DNA of 64,000 nucleotides from an uncultured Clostridia bacterium (GCA_947625435.1 CANQOI010000003.1:1591-65590), one strand, 5' to 3'. Positions 41,362 to 53,300 are shown, numbered from the stretch's first letter. The notes: a model not told the origin generated them from the sequence alone. Made by a program: numbers and translations.

Positions 41362-42337
41362 ATCTGTGTACCTCTTTCAGCATTTCGATCAGATCTCCGG
41401 CAGTTACGGCTCTCTGACCGTATCTTTGCGCTGCGATATCTCCGCATAAGCCGTGTATGTACGCACCGCACCGTGCCATGTCGTACAGCGGCGTTCCCGA
41501 TCTGTCCGACGCCGCTATGCCCGCTATGATGCCTGCCAGAACATCTCCGCTTCCGCCCGTAGCCATTCCCGGATTACCGCTCGTGTTCACGTGGCATATT
41601 TTATCCCCCGTATGTAAAATCTCCGCTGTCAGCGTTCTGTTTCCTTTGAGCAGTGTCACGGCTCCCGTCATGCCGCAGGCCTTAAACGCGGCTTCTTCTC
41701 TGTTTTCGTTTATATATTTTATATTCATTCCGGTAAGGCGTGAAAGCTCCGCAGCGTGCGGCGTTATCACGAGACGCGCCCTGTTATCGGGCGCGCCGGA
41801 TACAAGGCCGCACGCGTACCTTTTTAGTGCAGCGCTGTCGCCCGTAAATGCATTCAGTCCGTCTGCATCGAGAACTACTGTCACTCCGCTTCCTTCAAGC
41901 TCCGAAAGCACCTCATACACGAACTGCTTTGTCTGTATGCGACGCCCTATTCCGGGGCCTATCACGGCGACGCTTTTGGCCGCCGCTCCCGCGCGCGCCC
42001 CTTCAAGATCGGCTCTTATCATATCTGCCGCGCGCGCCGCATGCTCTTCTGTAAAATATTCCGATTCTCTGTCAAGTTCTGTTTTGACTGCCTCCGGGCA
42101 GAGTATTTCGTACGTGCTCATGAGCTTCCCGGGTGCGAGCATATACACAAGCCCCGCTCCGGCCCTCAGCGCCGCTCTTGCACACATGACTGCGGCGCCG
42201 GTCATTCCGTATGAGCCCGCAAGAATATATACGCGGCCATAGTCGCCTTTATGAGTATCGGGCTTCCTGGCCGCATTGTAATAGGCAAGCATCTCTGCCT
42301 GTCCCGTATATTCCATGTCAGCGTCTTCTCCAATCAT
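41351..42337 (-). CDS. NAD(P)H-hydrate dehydratase (YjeF C-terminal domain, carbohydrate-kinase fold)
   Basis: HKGDYGRVYILAGSYGMTGAAVMCARAALRAGAGLV and GGSGDVLAG motifs. Confidence 0.75.
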   Translation of the reverse strand: MIGEDADMEYTGQAEMLAYYNAARKPDTHKGDYGRVYILAGSYGMTGAAVMCARAALRAGAGLVYMLAPGKLMSTYEILCPEAVKTELDRESEYFTEEHAARAADMIRADLEGARAGAAAKSVAVIGPGIGRRIQTKQFVYEVLSELEGSGVTVVLDADGLNAFTGDSAALKRYACGLVSGAPDNRARLVITPHAAELSRLTGMNIKYINENREEAAFKACGMTGAVTLLKGNRTLTAEILHTGDKICHVNTSGNPGMATGGSGDVLAGIIAGIAASDRSGTPLYDMARCGAYIHGLCGDIAAQRYGQRAVTAGDLIEMLKEVHRYGM

Positions 42338-42791
42338 CTTCCGGATTTACATATGTCTGTTTTTTCTTTCTGAGCCAATGAACGATCCCTTCTATGATAA
42401 AGAAAAGACATACGAGAAATATTATGAGCATAAATGCTATCTGTCCGCCGCTGTTGCCTGTTCCGTCGGGCGTTGCATCGAATGCCTGCGCGTTGTCATC
42501 GTGTGGCGTGGGCGCAGGCGTTTCACCGTCTGAAGGCGACGGAACCGCATCCGTGCCTGATATTTCCTCCGTCGGTGATATGACAGACGGCGTTGTAACA
42601 GGGACTGTGCTGCCTTCGTCGGCGCTGTCATGCGCAGCAGACGGCGCCGCAGCCGCGATCGACGCGGAAACAGATGTCATTACAAGTGCGAATGCTATTA
42701 TGAACAGTATAAATATTTTACAGTATGATCTTCGCAAGGGATCACCGCTTTCTGAGATTATTGTGTGTATTTTACACGAATTTATTTGCAA
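42318..42791 (-). CDS. hypothetical secreted/membrane protein with Pro/Thr/Ser-rich region
   Basis: 157-aa ORF that overlaps both neighbours by 20 nt. Signal-peptide-like N-terminus and a C-terminal TM segment. Confidence 0.3.
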   Translation of the reverse strand: MQINSCKIHTIISESGDPLRRSYCKIFILFIIAFALVMTSVSASIAAAAPSAAHDSADEGSTVPVTTPSVISPTEEISGTDAVPSPSDGETPAPTPHDDNAQAFDATPDGTGNSGGQIAFMLIIFLVCLFFIIEGIVHWLRKKKQTYVNPEDDWRRR

Positions 42792-43569
42792 TTACAACTG
42801 CGGCAAGCAGCGCGCAGGTTATCACGGACAGCACGGCATCTATATATGTGAATCTGAGCATCCTGTATTTCGTACGGCCTTCCCCGCCTCTGTAACACCT
42901 TGCATTCATTGCCATTGCGAGCTCATCGGCCTTTCTCCAGGCGCCCACGAACATAGGCACTATTATCGGTATATAGCTTTTTATTTTTTTTATTATATTT
43001 TTGCTGTCAAAATCGGCTCCCCGCGCTGTCTGAGCTTTTATTATACGTTCTGTTTCTTCCGAGAATGTTGGTATGAATCTGAGTGCGATGCTCATTATCA
43101 TGGCTATCTCATGCGCCGGAAAATGTATTTTTTTCAGCGGCGACATAAGACTTTCCAAGCCGTCCGTCATCATAACGGATGTTGTCGTATACGTGAGTAC
43201 GGACGATGCCAACACGAGCAATATCACTCTGAGCAGCATTTTCAGCGCAAAATACACTGATTCTTTATAAACGGTTATCTTCCAAAAGCTGACAAGCACC
43301 GTGGTGCCTCCGTAGAAAAAAATATTCAGCACGACGGTCATCGCCATCATTATGATGAGCGGTCTGAGGCTTCTGAGTATCTTGCATATATTTATATGCG
43401 CGCATATAAATGCTGCCGCCAGAAGGGCTGCGGATGCAATGTACGACACATAGCTTTTCGACATGAGCACCGCGACCATATAGACAAGTGTTAAAATAAA
43501 TTTTGTGCGCGGATCCGCTTTATGGAGCGCAGAGTTTCCGGGAACGTACTGTCCTATCGCTATCTTCAT
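42772..43569 (-). CDS. ecfT: ECF transporter transmembrane (T) component
   Basis: MKIAIGQYVPGNSALHKADPRTKFILTL... The start at 43569 overlaps the ecfA2 stop (ATGA). Confidence 0.85.
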   Translation of the reverse strand: MKIAIGQYVPGNSALHKADPRTKFILTLVYMVAVLMSKSYVSYIASAALLAAAFICAHINICKILRSLRPLIIMMAMTVVLNIFFYGGTTVLVSFWKITVYKESVYFALKMLLRVILLVLASSVLTYTTTSVMMTDGLESLMSPLKKIHFPAHEIAMIMSIALRFIPTFSEETERIIKAQTARGADFDSKNIIKKIKSYIPIIVPMFVGAWRKADELAMAMNARCYRGGEGRTKYRMLRFTYIDAVLSVITCALLAAVVIANKFV

Positions 43570-44453
43570 TTTTCCGCCTCCGCCGCTTGTCCGCATGCGG
43601 TTCCTTTATCGATCACGCGCAGCACCTCGCACGCCGCTTCTTCCACTGTAAGTATGTCCCTGCGTATGCCTGCTTCGGGGAAACGTTCCGCAAGGCGGCT
43701 GAATACATCTGTCATCAGAGGTACATCAAGACATATTTCTCTGAGCCTTTTCACATTTTTGAATATTTCACGCGGCGTCCCCGTCATTTCGACGCCTCCG
43801 TCATTCATGACTATTATATTATCCGCAAGCTCCGCTATATCCTCCATGCTGTGTGACACAAGTATCACCGTCACTCCGTTTTTATCGCACAGATCTTTTG
43901 TGAGCTTCAATATCTCCTTCCTTCCCTCCGGATCAAGACCGGCGGCCGGTTCGTCGAGCACAAGTATGTCGGGATTCATTACCGTTATTCCCGCTATTGC
44001 CACGCGCCTTTTCTGTCCTCCCGAGAGCTCGTAAACAGATCTGTCAAGCGTATCATGCGTAAGTCCCGTTTTTCGTGCCGCATCTTCTACGCGCCTGCGT
44101 TCCTCTTCTTCGGTAAGCTTTTCGCCCCTCAGCCCGAAGGCTATATCACGGTAAACGGTTGATTCAAACAGCTGATATTCGGGATACTGGAAAACGAGTC
44201 CTACCTTTTTTCTCATTTCCTTCACATCGCTGCCTTCGGTAAGCTTCCCGTTTATATATATCTTGCCGCTGTCAGGGCGCAGAAGTCCGTTAAAATGCTG
44301 TATAAGTGTCGATTTGCCGCATCCCGTATGACCTATAATTCCCGTAAAAGTTCCCGCCTCTATCTGAAAGCTCACGTTATCCAGGGCTTTTTTCTCAAAC
44401 GGCGTTTTTTTCATATATGTGTATGATATGTTCTCAACCTTAAGTGCAGTCAT
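43566..44453 (-). CDS. ecfA2: ECF transporter ATPase component A2
   Basis: Walker A (GHTGCGKST), LSGGQKRRVAIAG and ILDEPAAGLD. Start taken at MTALKVENISY. Confidence 0.85.
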   Translation of the reverse strand: MTALKVENISYTYMKKTPFEKKALDNVSFQIEAGTFTGIIGHTGCGKSTLIQHFNGLLRPDSGKIYINGKLTEGSDVKEMRKKVGLVFQYPEYQLFESTVYRDIAFGLRGEKLTEEEERRRVEDAARKTGLTHDTLDRSVYELSGGQKRRVAIAGITVMNPDILVLDEPAAGLDPEGRKEILKLTKDLCDKNGVTVILVSHSMEDIAELADNIIVMNDGGVEMTGTPREIFKNVKRLREICLDVPLMTDVFSRLAERFPEAGIRRDILTVEEAACEVLRVIDKGTACGQAAEAEK

Positions 44454-44463
44454 ACGCATCACC

Positions 44464-45339
44464 TCACGCAAAGCTTTCCCCGGTAAAATGCAAGTCAGAC
44501 AGCAGTTCCGACAATGCTTCGAAGCATTCATCGCCGGTCAATACCGTGCCGCGTACAGGAACACCCTTATCTCTTAATACCTCTGCCAGCTCCGCTGCCT
44601 TAGGCAATTCAAGACCGGCTTCTTCCACAAGCCTTCTGTTCCTGAAAAGCTCTGACGGAGCCGTATCGGCAATGATTTTACCGCTTTCGATCAATATGAC
44701 CCTGTCTGCGCAGCATACCTCTTCCATATGGTGTGTTATATCGACTATCGTTATGCCGTTTTCTTTATTGAGTCTGTGCGCGAGCTCCATGACCTCTCTG
44801 CGCCCGGACGGATCCAGCATGGCCGTAGCTTCGTCAAATACGATACACTCCGGCCGCATGGCAGTTATTCCGGCTATCGCGCATCTTTGTTTCTGCCCTC
44901 CTGACAGTAAATGAGGCTGCGTACTTCTTTCTTTTTCAAGCCTCACAGTCAGAAGCGCTCTGTCAATTCTCTCATGCATTTCATCACGCGAAAGTCCGAT
45001 ATTCTCAAGTCCGAATGCTATATCATCTTCTACTGTGGCTCCTACGATCTGACTGTCCGGATTCTGGAATACCATGCCTACCGTTCTTCTTATATCCCAC
45101 ACTTCAGATTCATCCGATGTATCTTTGCCGTTTACATATACTTTACCGTATGTGGGTATAAGAAGTGCATTCATCAGTTTCGCGAGAGTGGATTTACCGG
45201 AACCGTTTCTTCCTGCTATCGCCGTGAATTCACCTTTTTTTATTGTTAAATCCGCGTTTTCTATTGCATATTTTATATTATCCGCGTCACTCGTATAGCT
45301 GTACGAAACATTTTCAAATCTGATAAAATCATCCGTCAT
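44464..45339 (-). CDS. ecfA1: ECF transporter ATPase component A1
   Basis: Walker A (GRNGSGKST), LSGGQKQRCAIAG and VFDEATAMLD. Confidence 0.85.
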   Translation of the reverse strand: MTDDFIRFENVSYSYTSDADNIKYAIENADLTIKKGEFTAIAGRNGSGKSTLAKLMNALLIPTYGKVYVNGKDTSDESEVWDIRRTVGMVFQNPDSQIVGATVEDDIAFGLENIGLSRDEMHERIDRALLTVRLEKERSTQPHLLSGGQKQRCAIAGITAMRPECIVFDEATAMLDPSGRREVMELAHRLNKENGITIVDITHHMEEVCCADRVILIESGKIIADTAPSELFRNRRLVEEAGLELPKAAELAEVLRDKGVPVRGTVLTGDECFEALSELLSDLHFTGESFA

Positions 45340-45463
45340 TGCCGTGCTTACCCCAAAAATATTTATGTGCCTTGTCAAAAGCGGGAACCATCAGTAAAGA
45401 CGGTCCCCGCTTTAAAATCTCTTAATATTTACCTGCTCACATCATATGCATCATGCAATATGG

Positions 45464-45988
45464 TCATACAAGCTCGATTATGGCCATCGGCGCAGCATCG
45501 CCGCGTCTTGCACCGGTCTTGTATATACGTGTATAACCGCCCTTGCGTTCCTTATATTTCGGAGCTATCTCATCAAAGAGTTTGTTGACAACGTTTACAT
45601 TATTGCCTTCGACATCTTTTACTTTATACACCCACTCGATCACCTGTTTTCTGGCAGCAAGTCTCGACGGATTATCTATACGCACAAGCTCCGTCTTGAT
45701 CTCACGGTCAGCAAACTTTGTATATTTCTTACCGTTTTTGGATGTAACGACTGTCGTATTTCGCTTACCCTTTGAATCTGTAGGTACCTTACTGACTTTA
45801 GCCTGCTTCGTTGTGAAATTATCGGCTTCACGCACAGCTTTGGCTATTATTCTTTCTGCAATACTCTGCACTTCTTTTGCTCTTGTCTCCGTTGTTACAA
45901 CAGAGCCGTTCTGCAAAAGTGCCGTAACAAGACCTCTGAGCATTGCCTTTCTTTGGTCCGATGTCCGGCCAAGCTTTCTATATGCCAT
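45464..45988 (-). CDS. rplQ: 50S ribosomal protein L17 (with ~50-aa internal insertion)
   Basis: The N-terminus ([20 protein letters not shown]) and C-terminus ([25 protein letters not shown]) are canonical. 174 aa, against the usual ~120. Confidence 0.9.
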   Translation of the reverse strand: MAYRKLGRTSDQRKAMLRGLVTALLQNGSVVTTETRAKEVQSIAERIIAKAVREADNFTTKQAKVSKVPTDSKGKRNTTVVTSKNGKKYTKFADREIKTELVRIDNPSRLAARKQVIEWVYKVKDVEGNNVNVVNKLFDEIAPKYKERKGGYTRIYKTGARRGDAAPMAIIELV

Positions 45989-46030
45989 TTCAATTATCCT
46001 CCTGTCTAATACTGTTATCGCGTATGAACA

Positions 46031-46990
46031 TCATACATCATCTTTTTTGAGAGAGAGTCCCAGTGATTCCAGCTTTTGAATTACCTCTTCAAGAGACTTT
46101 CTTCCGAGATTCCGAACCTTCATCATTTCTTCTTCCGTCTTGTCTGCAAGGTCGCCTACTGTATTTACCGCAGCACGCTTAAGACAATTGTAAGAACGCA
46201 CTGAAAGATCCAGATCTTCAATATTCATCTCCAATACTTTTTCGGTCTTACAAGGATTGTCCTTCTCGATAACAACCGGCTTTTCTTCTTCCTCTTCATC
46301 AAGATTCAGGAAGAGAGAGAAATGATCTATCAATATTTTTGCACTCTCACTGATAGCCTCTTTAGGAGTCAGCGCACCGTTTGTCCAGACCTCGATCGTG
46401 AGCTTGTCATAGTCCGTAACATTGCCGACACGCGTATTCTCCACCTGATAATTCGCCTTTTTTATAGGTGAGAAAAGCGAATCTACGGGAATTACGCTGA
46501 AAGGCATATTCGGGGTTTTATTCTTGTCTGCAGATCTCCATCCTCTTGACGTGCCGACTTCGATCTCAACGGAAAATTCAGCATCGCCGTTAAGCGTCGC
46601 TATATGCTGTTCCGGATTCAGAACCTCTATATCGGAATCGCATATAATATCGGCAGCTGTAACCTCACCTTTGTCCGATTTGTTTATCATCACGACTTTA
46701 GTCACATCCGGGTCGTCATCATAAATCTTAAATGCAACAGACTTTATATTTAATATAATCTCCGTAACATCTTCTACGACACCGGGTATTGCAGTAAATT
46801 CATGACACGCGCCCTTAACTTTAATACTGGTAGCGGCCGAACCGGGCAAAGACGAAAGAAGAATTCTCCTGAGTGAATTTCCTAACGTAGTTCCGTATCC
46901 TCTTTCAAGGGGTTCTATGACGAATTTTCCGTATCTTTCGGATTCGTCTGTTTCCACGCATTCTATCCTCGGCTTTTCAATTTCAATCAC
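46031..46990 (-). CDS. rpoA: DNA-directed RNA polymerase subunit alpha
   Basis: 319 aa, canonical. Confidence 0.95.
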   Translation of the reverse strand: MIEIEKPRIECVETDESERYGKFVIEPLERGYGTTLGNSLRRILLSSLPGSAATSIKVKGACHEFTAIPGVVEDVTEIILNIKSVAFKIYDDDPDVTKVVMINKSDKGEVTAADIICDSDIEVLNPEQHIATLNGDAEFSVEIEVGTSRGWRSADKNKTPNMPFSVIPVDSLFSPIKKANYQVENTRVGNVTDYDKLTIEVWTNGALTPKEAISESAKILIDHFSLFLNLDEEEEEKPVVIEKDNPCKTEKVLEMNIEDLDLSVRSYNCLKRAAVNTVGDLADKTEEEMMKVRNLGRKSLEEVIQKLESLGLSLKKDDV

Positions 46991-47028
46991 GGTAATCCCT
47001 CCTTAGACTTCCGATACACTCAACGAAA

Positions 47029-47661
47029 TTACTTACTGTACAACTCAACGATCAAGTGCTCCTGTATCGGCAGATCAATGTCTTCACGTTTCGGAATCGC
47101 AAGCACTGTGCCTTCCATCGTCTCTTCATTTAACGAAAGCCACTCCGGTCTTGTACGTCCTCCCGTTACCTCAAGTATCTGTCCTATTCTTTCATTCGAC
47201 CTGCTCTTCTGGCATACAGCGATCACGTCATTTGCGGATACGAGATAGGACGGAATATTAACCCGCTTTCCGTTTACCGTAAAATGTCCGTGCAATACCA
47301 GCTGTCTCGCTTCGGCTCTCGATGTTCCGAGTCCGAGGCGGTATGCCACATTGTCAAGTCTTCTTTCAAGAAGAGTAAGCAGATTTTCACCCGTAACGCC
47401 CTTCTTTTTATTGGCAAGCTCATAATATGTGTGGAACTGCTTTTCAAGCAGACCGTAATATCTCTTTACCTTTTGCTTTTCTCTGAGCTGCAAACAATAC
47501 TCAGACTGTTTCTTCCTTCCCTGTCCGTGCTGTCCGGGAGCATACGCTCTCTTGGGCTTAGACACGGGGCATTTTTCTGTATAACACTTTGTGCCTTTGA
47601 GAAAAAGCTTTTCACCCTCTCTTCTGCAAAGTCTGCACGATGCGTCATTATATCTCGCCAT
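47029..47661 (-). CDS. rpsD: 30S ribosomal protein S4
   Basis: [23 protein letters not shown]. The track ORF begins upstream at 47709. Confidence 0.95.
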   Translation of the reverse strand: MARYNDASCRLCRREGEKLFLKGTKCYTEKCPVSKPKRAYAPGQHGQGRKKQSEYCLQLREKQKVKRYYGLLEKQFHTYYELANKKKGVTGENLLTLLERRLDNVAYRLGLGTSRAEARQLVLHGHFTVNGKRVNIPSYLVSANDVIAVCQKSRSNERIGQILEVTGGRTRPEWLSLNEETMEGTVLAIPKREDIDLPIQEHLIVELYSK

Positions 47662-47678
47662 CTGATTACACCTCCGAA

Positions 47679-48083
47679 TTAAACTCTTCTTCTCTTGGGC
47701 GGCCTGCATCCGTTGTGCGGTATCGGGGTCTCGTCCTTAATGAGAGTAACGTCAAGTCCTGCAACCTGCAGTGCTCGTATAGCTGACTCTCTACCTGCTC
47801 CGGGACCTCTTACATATACTTCAACAGATTTAAGTCCGTGTTCCATCGCTGCCTTTGCTGCAGTCTCTGCGGCTGACTGTGCCGCAAACGGCGTACTCTT
47901 TTTTGAACCTCTGAATCCGAGTCCGCCCGCACTTGCCCATGAGATCGCGTTTCCGGATTTATCTGTTATTGTTACGATCGTATTATTAAAAGTGGAACGA
48001 ATATGTGCCTGACCGTATTCAATGTATTTACGTTCTTTTCTCTTACCTTTGACAGTCCTTTTGGTCTTAACAGCCATAATCAA
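47679..48083 (-). CDS. rpsK: 30S ribosomal protein S11
   Basis: [16 protein letters not shown]. Confidence 0.95.
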   Translation of the reverse strand: MIMAVKTKRTVKGKRKERKYIEYGQAHIRSTFNNTIVTITDKSGNAISWASAGGLGFRGSKKSTPFAAQSAAETAAKAAMEHGLKSVEVYVRGPGAGRESAIRALQVAGLDVTLIKDETPIPHNGCRPPKRRRV

Positions 48084-48089
48084 ACCTCC

Positions 48090-48458
48090 TTATTTCTTCT
48101 TGCCTGCTACAGTTTTGCTCGGGCCTTTTCTCGTACGGGCATTGGTCTTAGTCCTCTGTCCTCTTACCGGAAGTCCCATCTTATGGCGTCTGCCCCTGTA
48201 GCAGCCAATTTCCATCAGACGTTTGATATTGAGTGAAACCTCTCTGCGTACGTCTCCCTCAACTACATATTCTCTGTCTATTATATCTCTCAACTTTCCG
48301 ACCTCGTCGTCAGTCAGATCTCTGACTCTTGTATCCGGATTGATACCGGTTTTGGAAAGTATCTCATTTGATTTTGATCTGCCTATACCGTAAATGTATG
48401 TCAGTCCGATCTCTACACGTTTTTCTCTCGGCAAGTCCACACCTGCAATTCGAGCCAT
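48090..48458 (-). CDS. rpsM: 30S ribosomal protein S13
   Basis: [26 protein letters not shown]. Confidence 0.95.
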   Translation of the reverse strand: MARIAGVDLPREKRVEIGLTYIYGIGRSKSNEILSKTGINPDTRVRDLTDDEVGKLRDIIDREYVVEGDVRREVSLNIKRLMEIGCYRGRRHKMGLPVRGQRTKTNARTRKGPSKTVAGKKK

Positions 48459-48607
48459 TCGCAAAAACACCTCCGTAAAATGTTCATTCTAATTTTTGCT
48501 TTATAGTAAATAAAATATATATCAACATTCCGAAGCTCATGTTATACATGCAGCCGCACTCCGAAACGATAATGATCTATGCTTCTCAAAGAGAAGCAGT
48601 ACAACAC

Positions 48608-48724
48608 TTATCCTTGCTTTTGCTTGTGCTTCGGATAAGCATCACATATAACCATCACTTTACCTTTTCTCTTTATAACCTTGCATTTATCGCATATCGG
48701 CTTTACTGACGGTCTTACTTTCAT
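48608..48724 (-). CDS. rpmJ: 50S ribosomal protein L36
   Basis: I translated this by hand: [38 protein letters not shown] (38 aa; too short for the track). Confidence 0.85.
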   Translation of the reverse strand: MKVRPSVKPICDKCKVIKRKGKVMVICDAYPKHKQKQG

Positions 48725-48738
48725 GGCACAAACCTCCT

Positions 48739-48954
48739 TCACTTTCTCCATACGATCCGACCGCGATCGAGATCATACGGTGACAATTCCAGGGTGACAT
48801 GGTCACCCTTAACTATCTTGATATAATTAGTCCTGAGCTTACCGGATATATGAGCGATCACTATATGTCCGTTGGCAAGCTCAACCTTAAAAACACAGTT
48901 CGGAAGCACTTCGGCTATAACGCCTTCAACTTCAATCAGGTCTTCTTTAGACAA
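48739..48954 (-). CDS. infA: translation initiation factor IF-1
   Basis: 71 aa, S1-like OB fold, canonical. Confidence 0.95.
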   Translation of the reverse strand: MSKEDLIEVEGVIAEVLPNCVFKVELANGHIVIAHISGKLRTNYIKIVKGDHVTLELSPYDLDRGRIVWRK

Positions 48955-48974
48955 GCTTTCATCCTCCCTAAATC

Positions 48975-49736
48975 CTAAATCGTTAAGATCTGAGGCTCAT
49001 CATCCGTCACGATAACAGTGTTCTCATAATGTGCGGACAATTTGCCGTCTTTTGTATATACAGTCCACTTGTTCGCAGCGATCTTCACTGCATACGAGCC
49101 TTCGTTGATCATCGGCTCTATGGCAAGCGCCATTCCTGCGACAAGACGGTGACCGCGCCTGTTTGTGCGAAAATTCGGTATCTCCGGATCCTCATGCAGA
49201 TCACGGCCGACACCATGACCTGTATAATCGCGAACAACAGAATAACCAAACGATTCTGCATAGTCCTGAATGGCTCCTGATATATCGGATATGCGACAAT
49301 TCGGCTTAACGAATTTCAGTCCTTCAAAAAAGCTCTGCCGAGTCACATCGATGAGCTTTCTCGCTTCTGCGGAAATGCTGCCTACCGGGAAGGTCCTCGC
49401 AGCATCACTGTGAAATCCTTCGTAATAGACACCCGCATCAATACTTACAATATCGCCGTTTCTGAGTTTTCGCTCATCCGGTATACCGTGGATCACTTCA
49501 CTGTTTACAGAGGCACATATCGCTCCGGGGAATTTAATTCCGCCGTAATAATTGGGAACTCCCAGGAAAGACGGCGAAGCGCCACTCTTTATTATATATT
49601 CTGAAGCAATTCTGTCAAGTTCTTTTGTCGTTATACCCGGTAAAATATTCTCTTCTATCTTCCTCAGCACTTCTGATAATATCTTACCCGAATCCCGCAT
49701 CTTTTCTATTTCGGATTTTGATTTTATATTTATCAT
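48975..49736 (-). CDS. map: methionine aminopeptidase type I
   Basis: 253 aa, canonical metal-ligand residues. Confidence 0.95.
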   Translation of the reverse strand: MINIKSKSEIEKMRDSGKILSEVLRKIEENILPGITTKELDRIASEYIIKSGASPSFLGVPNYYGGIKFPGAICASVNSEVIHGIPDERKLRNGDIVSIDAGVYYEGFHSDAARTFPVGSISAEARKLIDVTRQSFFEGLKFVKPNCRISDISGAIQDYAESFGYSVVRDYTGHGVGRDLHEDPEIPNFRTNRRGHRLVAGMALAIEPMINEGSYAVKIAANKWTVYTKDGKLSAHYENTVIVTDDEPQILTI

Positions 49737-49742
49737 AACAAA

Positions 49743-50390
49743 TCAAATACCTTTCAGACCGAGAGCGTACAATGTATTCTGTAAGGATTCGGAAATAGAA
49801 TTCTCACTGCGTACATTAAGAAGCTTTCCCCTGTGTCTGTAAAATTCCACGAGCGGTTCCGTTGTTTTGTGGTATTCCTCGATCCTATGCCTGATCACAT
49901 CTGCCCTGTCATCATTACGCTGAACAAGCTGTGAACCGCATTTACACATATTCCCTTCAGCCGGATTGAATTTCAGATGATAAGTATCTCCGCAAGCAGG
50001 ACAAACTCTTCTGTAGGAAAGGCGTTCAACGATTATGTCATCATCTACGACGATATTTATTATCCAATCGATCTTACGCCCGGATTCCCCGAGCATCCTT
50101 TCAAGCGCTTCCGCCTGAGGGATAGAACGGGGAAATCCGTCTAATATAAAGCCTTTATCGCAATCTGCCTGTGACAGACGATCTCTGACGATACCGATCG
50201 TTATTTCATCGGGAACAAGCTCTCCCTTTGAAATATATGAATTCGCTATCGCTCCGAGTTCAGTATTACGCTTGATATTATCTCTGAAAATATCACCGGT
50301 GGAGATGTGAGGAATCTGCAATATTTTTGAAAGTTCAAATGCCTGCGTGCCTTTGCCGGCTCCCGGCGCTCCCAATAATATTAAATTCAT
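49743..50390 (-). CDS. adk: adenylate kinase
   Basis: MNLILLGAPGAGKGTQA. Zinc-lid CPACGxxYH...CxxCG. Confidence 0.95.
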   Translation of the reverse strand: MNLILLGAPGAGKGTQAFELSKILQIPHISTGDIFRDNIKRNTELGAIANSYISKGELVPDEITIGIVRDRLSQADCDKGFILDGFPRSIPQAEALERMLGESGRKIDWIINIVVDDDIIVERLSYRRVCPACGDTYHLKFNPAEGNMCKCGSQLVQRNDDRADVIRHRIEEYHKTTEPLVEFYRHRGKLLNVRSENSISESLQNTLYALGLKGI

Positions 50391-50410
50391 CATAACCTCC
50401 GACAGACCGA

Positions 50411-51742
50411 TCAATCCAGGAATCCCTTGTAGTTTCTCATGAGGAGCTGGGATTCGAGCTGTCTTACAGTCTCAAGCGCAACACCCACGAGGATCAAAAC
50501 GGTCGTACCGCCGAACCACAGATTAACATTGCCTATGTCTTCCTGAATGTAGGAAGCGATCTTCTGAAGCAAGGACGGTCCGACGGCGAGGATCGCAAGG
50601 AATATAGCACCGAACCATGTGATCCTGTGCGATGTCTTTTTGATGTAATCCGCTGTAGGCGCGCCCGGCCTCAATCCGGGGACGAATCCTCCGTTTTTCT
50701 TAAGGTTATTTGCTATATCTACCGGATCAAAATATACTATGTTATAGAAGAATGTGAATCCTACTATAAGAAGAGCATATATTATAATGTACAGCCATCC
50801 GCTTCCGTTAGAAAAAGATGTTATCGCCTTTGATATACTGCCGTTCGTACCTATAAATGATACTATCGTGACAGGGAACTGCAGCATTGACATAGCAAAT
50901 ATTATAGGAAGCACTCCCGATGAGTTTACTTTGATCGGAATATTTGTGCTCTGTCCGCCATATATCTTTCTGCCGACTACGCGCTTTGCATACTGAACCG
51001 GAATACGTCTTTCACCGCTTTCCATCCAGACAACTGCAACTATTACAGCGAGGAAAACGAGAAGCACTGCAACCACAAATATAATTCTTATATACAAAGC
51101 TATATTCATGGCCTCGCCTGTCAGTATGGCGTAAAGCGATACCGCGGCACTGGGCGCTCCTGCAACAATACCGGCAAAAATGATTATCGAAATTCCGTTT
51201 CCTATTCCGAGTTCCGTTATTTTGTCACCCAACCACATAAGGACCATAGTACCGGCCATAAAAGACAAAATAGCGAGCAGGAATGAAAATACATCAAAGC
51301 TGCCGGGATCGGCAAAGAGATTTATCATCATGCCGCTGTTGTTTATATTAAGGTACATCATTACCGACTGGAAAAGAGCCAGACCGAGCGTTATGAAACG
51401 CGTGATCTTTGTGAGCTTTTTTCTGCCCTCGGGGCCCTCTTTCTGCATTCTCTCGAGTGCCGGGATAGCCACCGTCAGGAGCTGAACAATAATGGACGCA
51501 TTGATATACGGACTTATTGTCATTGCAAAAAGTGATACATTCTTAAATGCGCCGCCTGAAAACATATTGTATACATTGAATATGCCGTTTTGCGCAAAAC
51601 TGTCAAATGCACCCGAAGAAAGTCCGGGAACCGGTACAAAACATCCTATTCTGAAGATGAGAACGAGCATGAGCGTCATAAACATTTTCTTTCTTAAGTC
51701 TTTGACTTTAAAAGCGTTAATGACAATGTCCTTAAAGTTCAT
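50411..51742 (-). CDS. secY: preprotein translocase subunit SecY
   Basis: 443 aa, 10 TM helices, canonical. Confidence 0.95.
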   Translation of the reverse strand: MNFKDIVINAFKVKDLRKKMFMTLMLVLIFRIGCFVPVPGLSSGAFDSFAQNGIFNVYNMFSGGAFKNVSLFAMTISPYINASIIVQLLTVAIPALERMQKEGPEGRKKLTKITRFITLGLALFQSVMMYLNINNSGMMINLFADPGSFDVFSFLLAILSFMAGTMVLMWLGDKITELGIGNGISIIIFAGIVAGAPSAAVSLYAILTGEAMNIALYIRIIFVVAVLLVFLAVIVAVVWMESGERRIPVQYAKRVVGRKIYGGQSTNIPIKVNSSGVLPIIFAMSMLQFPVTIVSFIGTNGSISKAITSFSNGSGWLYIIIYALLIVGFTFFYNIVYFDPVDIANNLKKNGGFVPGLRPGAPTADYIKKTSHRITWFGAIFLAILAVGPSLLQKIASYIQEDIGNVNLWFGGTTVLILVGVALETVRQLESQLLMRNYKGFLD

Positions 51743-51743
51743 C

Positions 51744-52187
51744 TCAGATCACCTCTGCCTTTCCTCCTGCATTTTCAATCTTTTCAGCTGCACTTTTTGT
51801 AAAACGCGTAGCTTTAACTGTTAATTTCTTGTTCAAGTCACCGTTGCCGAGAATTTTAACACCGTCATACAGCTTCCTGATAAGTCTCGCGTTCACAAGT
51901 GCCGCTGCATCGATAACAGCGCCGTCTTCGAAAATATTGAGATCCGAAACATTTACTTCGGCATATACATCTGCAAATATCTTATTGTTAAAACCTCTTT
52001 TAGGCATTCTTCTGTATAAAGGTGTCTGTCCACCTTCAAAGCCGGGTCTTACCCCGCCACCTGAACGCGCCTTCTGTCCTTTGTGTCCTCTGCCGGCGGT
52101 TTTACCGTTCCCGGATCCGTGGCCTCTGCCCTTTCTGTATGCTTCACGGCTTGAACCCGCCGCGGGACGTAATTCATCAAGCTTCAT
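51744..52187 (-). CDS. rplO: 50S ribosomal protein L15
   Basis: Canonical. Confidence 0.95.
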   Translation of the reverse strand: MKLDELRPAAGSSREAYRKGRGHGSGNGKTAGRGHKGQKARSGGGVRPGFEGGQTPLYRRMPKRGFNNKIFADVYAEVNVSDLNIFEDGAVIDAAALVNARLIRKLYDGVKILGNGDLNKKLTVKATRFTKSAAEKIENAGGKAEVI

Positions 52188-52201
52188 GGAAACACCTCCT
52201 G

Positions 52202-52381
52202 TTATATTTCTTCTACTTTAACCAGATGTGCGACTGTTCTGATCATTCCTCTTATCTGAGGGTTGTCGCTGTGCTCTACAGTGCTGCCTATCTTTTTAAG
52301 ACCAAGCGCCTGAACTGTAGCCTTCTGTCTCTGAACAACTTTATTGGTACTTCTTATAAGAGTTATCTTCAATTTTGACAT
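52202..52381 (-). CDS. rpmD: 50S ribosomal protein L30
   Basis: I translated this by hand: [59 protein letters not shown] (59 aa). Confidence 0.85.
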   Translation of the reverse strand: MSKLKITLIRSTNKVVQRQKATVQALGLKKIGSTVEHSDNPQIRGMIRTVAHLVKVEEI

Positions 52382-52393
52382 TGCGCTTCCCCC

Positions 52394-52894
52394 TTATTCC
52401 AGTATCTCTTCAACAGTCTTACCGCGAAGCTTTGAAACTTTCTCGGCAGTCATAAGTGAAGTAAGTCCGTCTATTGTGGCACGCACCATATTTATAGGAT
52501 TATTTGACCTGAGTGATTTTGTTCTTATGTCACGTATTCCGGAAAGCTCAATGACCGCTCTTACAGGTCCGCCTGCTATAACTCCGGTACCTTCGGCAGC
52601 CGGCTTAAGGAGAACTTCGCCTGCACCGTACTTGCCTATTATCTCGTGAGGAATCGTAGTGCCCACCATAGGAACATTTATGATGTTCTTTTTGGCGTCT
52701 TCCACACCTTTTCTTATTGCCTCTGTCACTTCGGCGGCTTTGCCGAGTCCTACGCCAACCTGACCGTTTTCATTGCCTACAACAACCAAAGCGCTCCATC
52801 TGAAATTACGTCCGCCCTTTACAACTTTAGTAACTTTGCCGAGGTTAACGACTTTCTCTTTAAATTCTGATGTATTGGAATTATTATGATCCAT
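52394..52894 (-). CDS. rpsE: 30S ribosomal protein S5
   Basis: Canonical. Confidence 0.95.
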   Translation of the reverse strand: MDHNNSNTSEFKEKVVNLGKVTKVVKGGRNFRWSALVVVGNENGQVGVGLGKAAEVTEAIRKGVEDAKKNIINVPMVGTTIPHEIIGKYGAGEVLLKPAAEGTGVIAGGPVRAVIELSGIRDIRTKSLRSNNPINMVRATIDGLTSLMTAEKVSKLRGKTVEEILE

Positions 52895-52913
52895 GTTATA
52901 TCCTCCTTACGCC

Positions 52914-53282
52914 TTAGAAGTTAAGACCGGCTTCACGGGCAGCGTCTGCGAGCTCTTTTACTCTTCCGTGGTACACATACCCGCCGCGATCGAACACAAC
53001 CTCTGTTATCCCTGCGGCAGCAGCTCTCTCGGCTATAAGCTTTCCGACTTCCTTTGCCGCCTCAATATTGCCACCGTAGCTTAACTTCTCGCGTATTGCT
53101 TTATCAAGCGTTGATGCAGATACGAGCGTATTACCGGTTGTATCATCTATTACCTGTGCATAAATATTGGAAAGGCTCCTGAATACATTAAGTCTCGGAC
53201 GTTCAGGTGTTCCGCTGATATGCTTTCTTACACGTACGTGTCTTCTCTGACGAATCTGATTCTTACTTAATTTTTTTGCCAT
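52914..53282 (-). CDS. rplR: 50S ribosomal protein L18
   Basis: Canonical. Confidence 0.95.
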   Translation of the reverse strand: MAKKLSKNQIRQRRHVRVRKHISGTPERPRLNVFRSLSNIYAQVIDDTTGNTLVSASTLDKAIREKLSYGGNIEAAKEVGKLIAERAAAAGITEVVFDRGGYVYHGRVKELADAAREAGLNF

Positions 53283-53300
53283 ATTGCGTCACTCCCTTTC

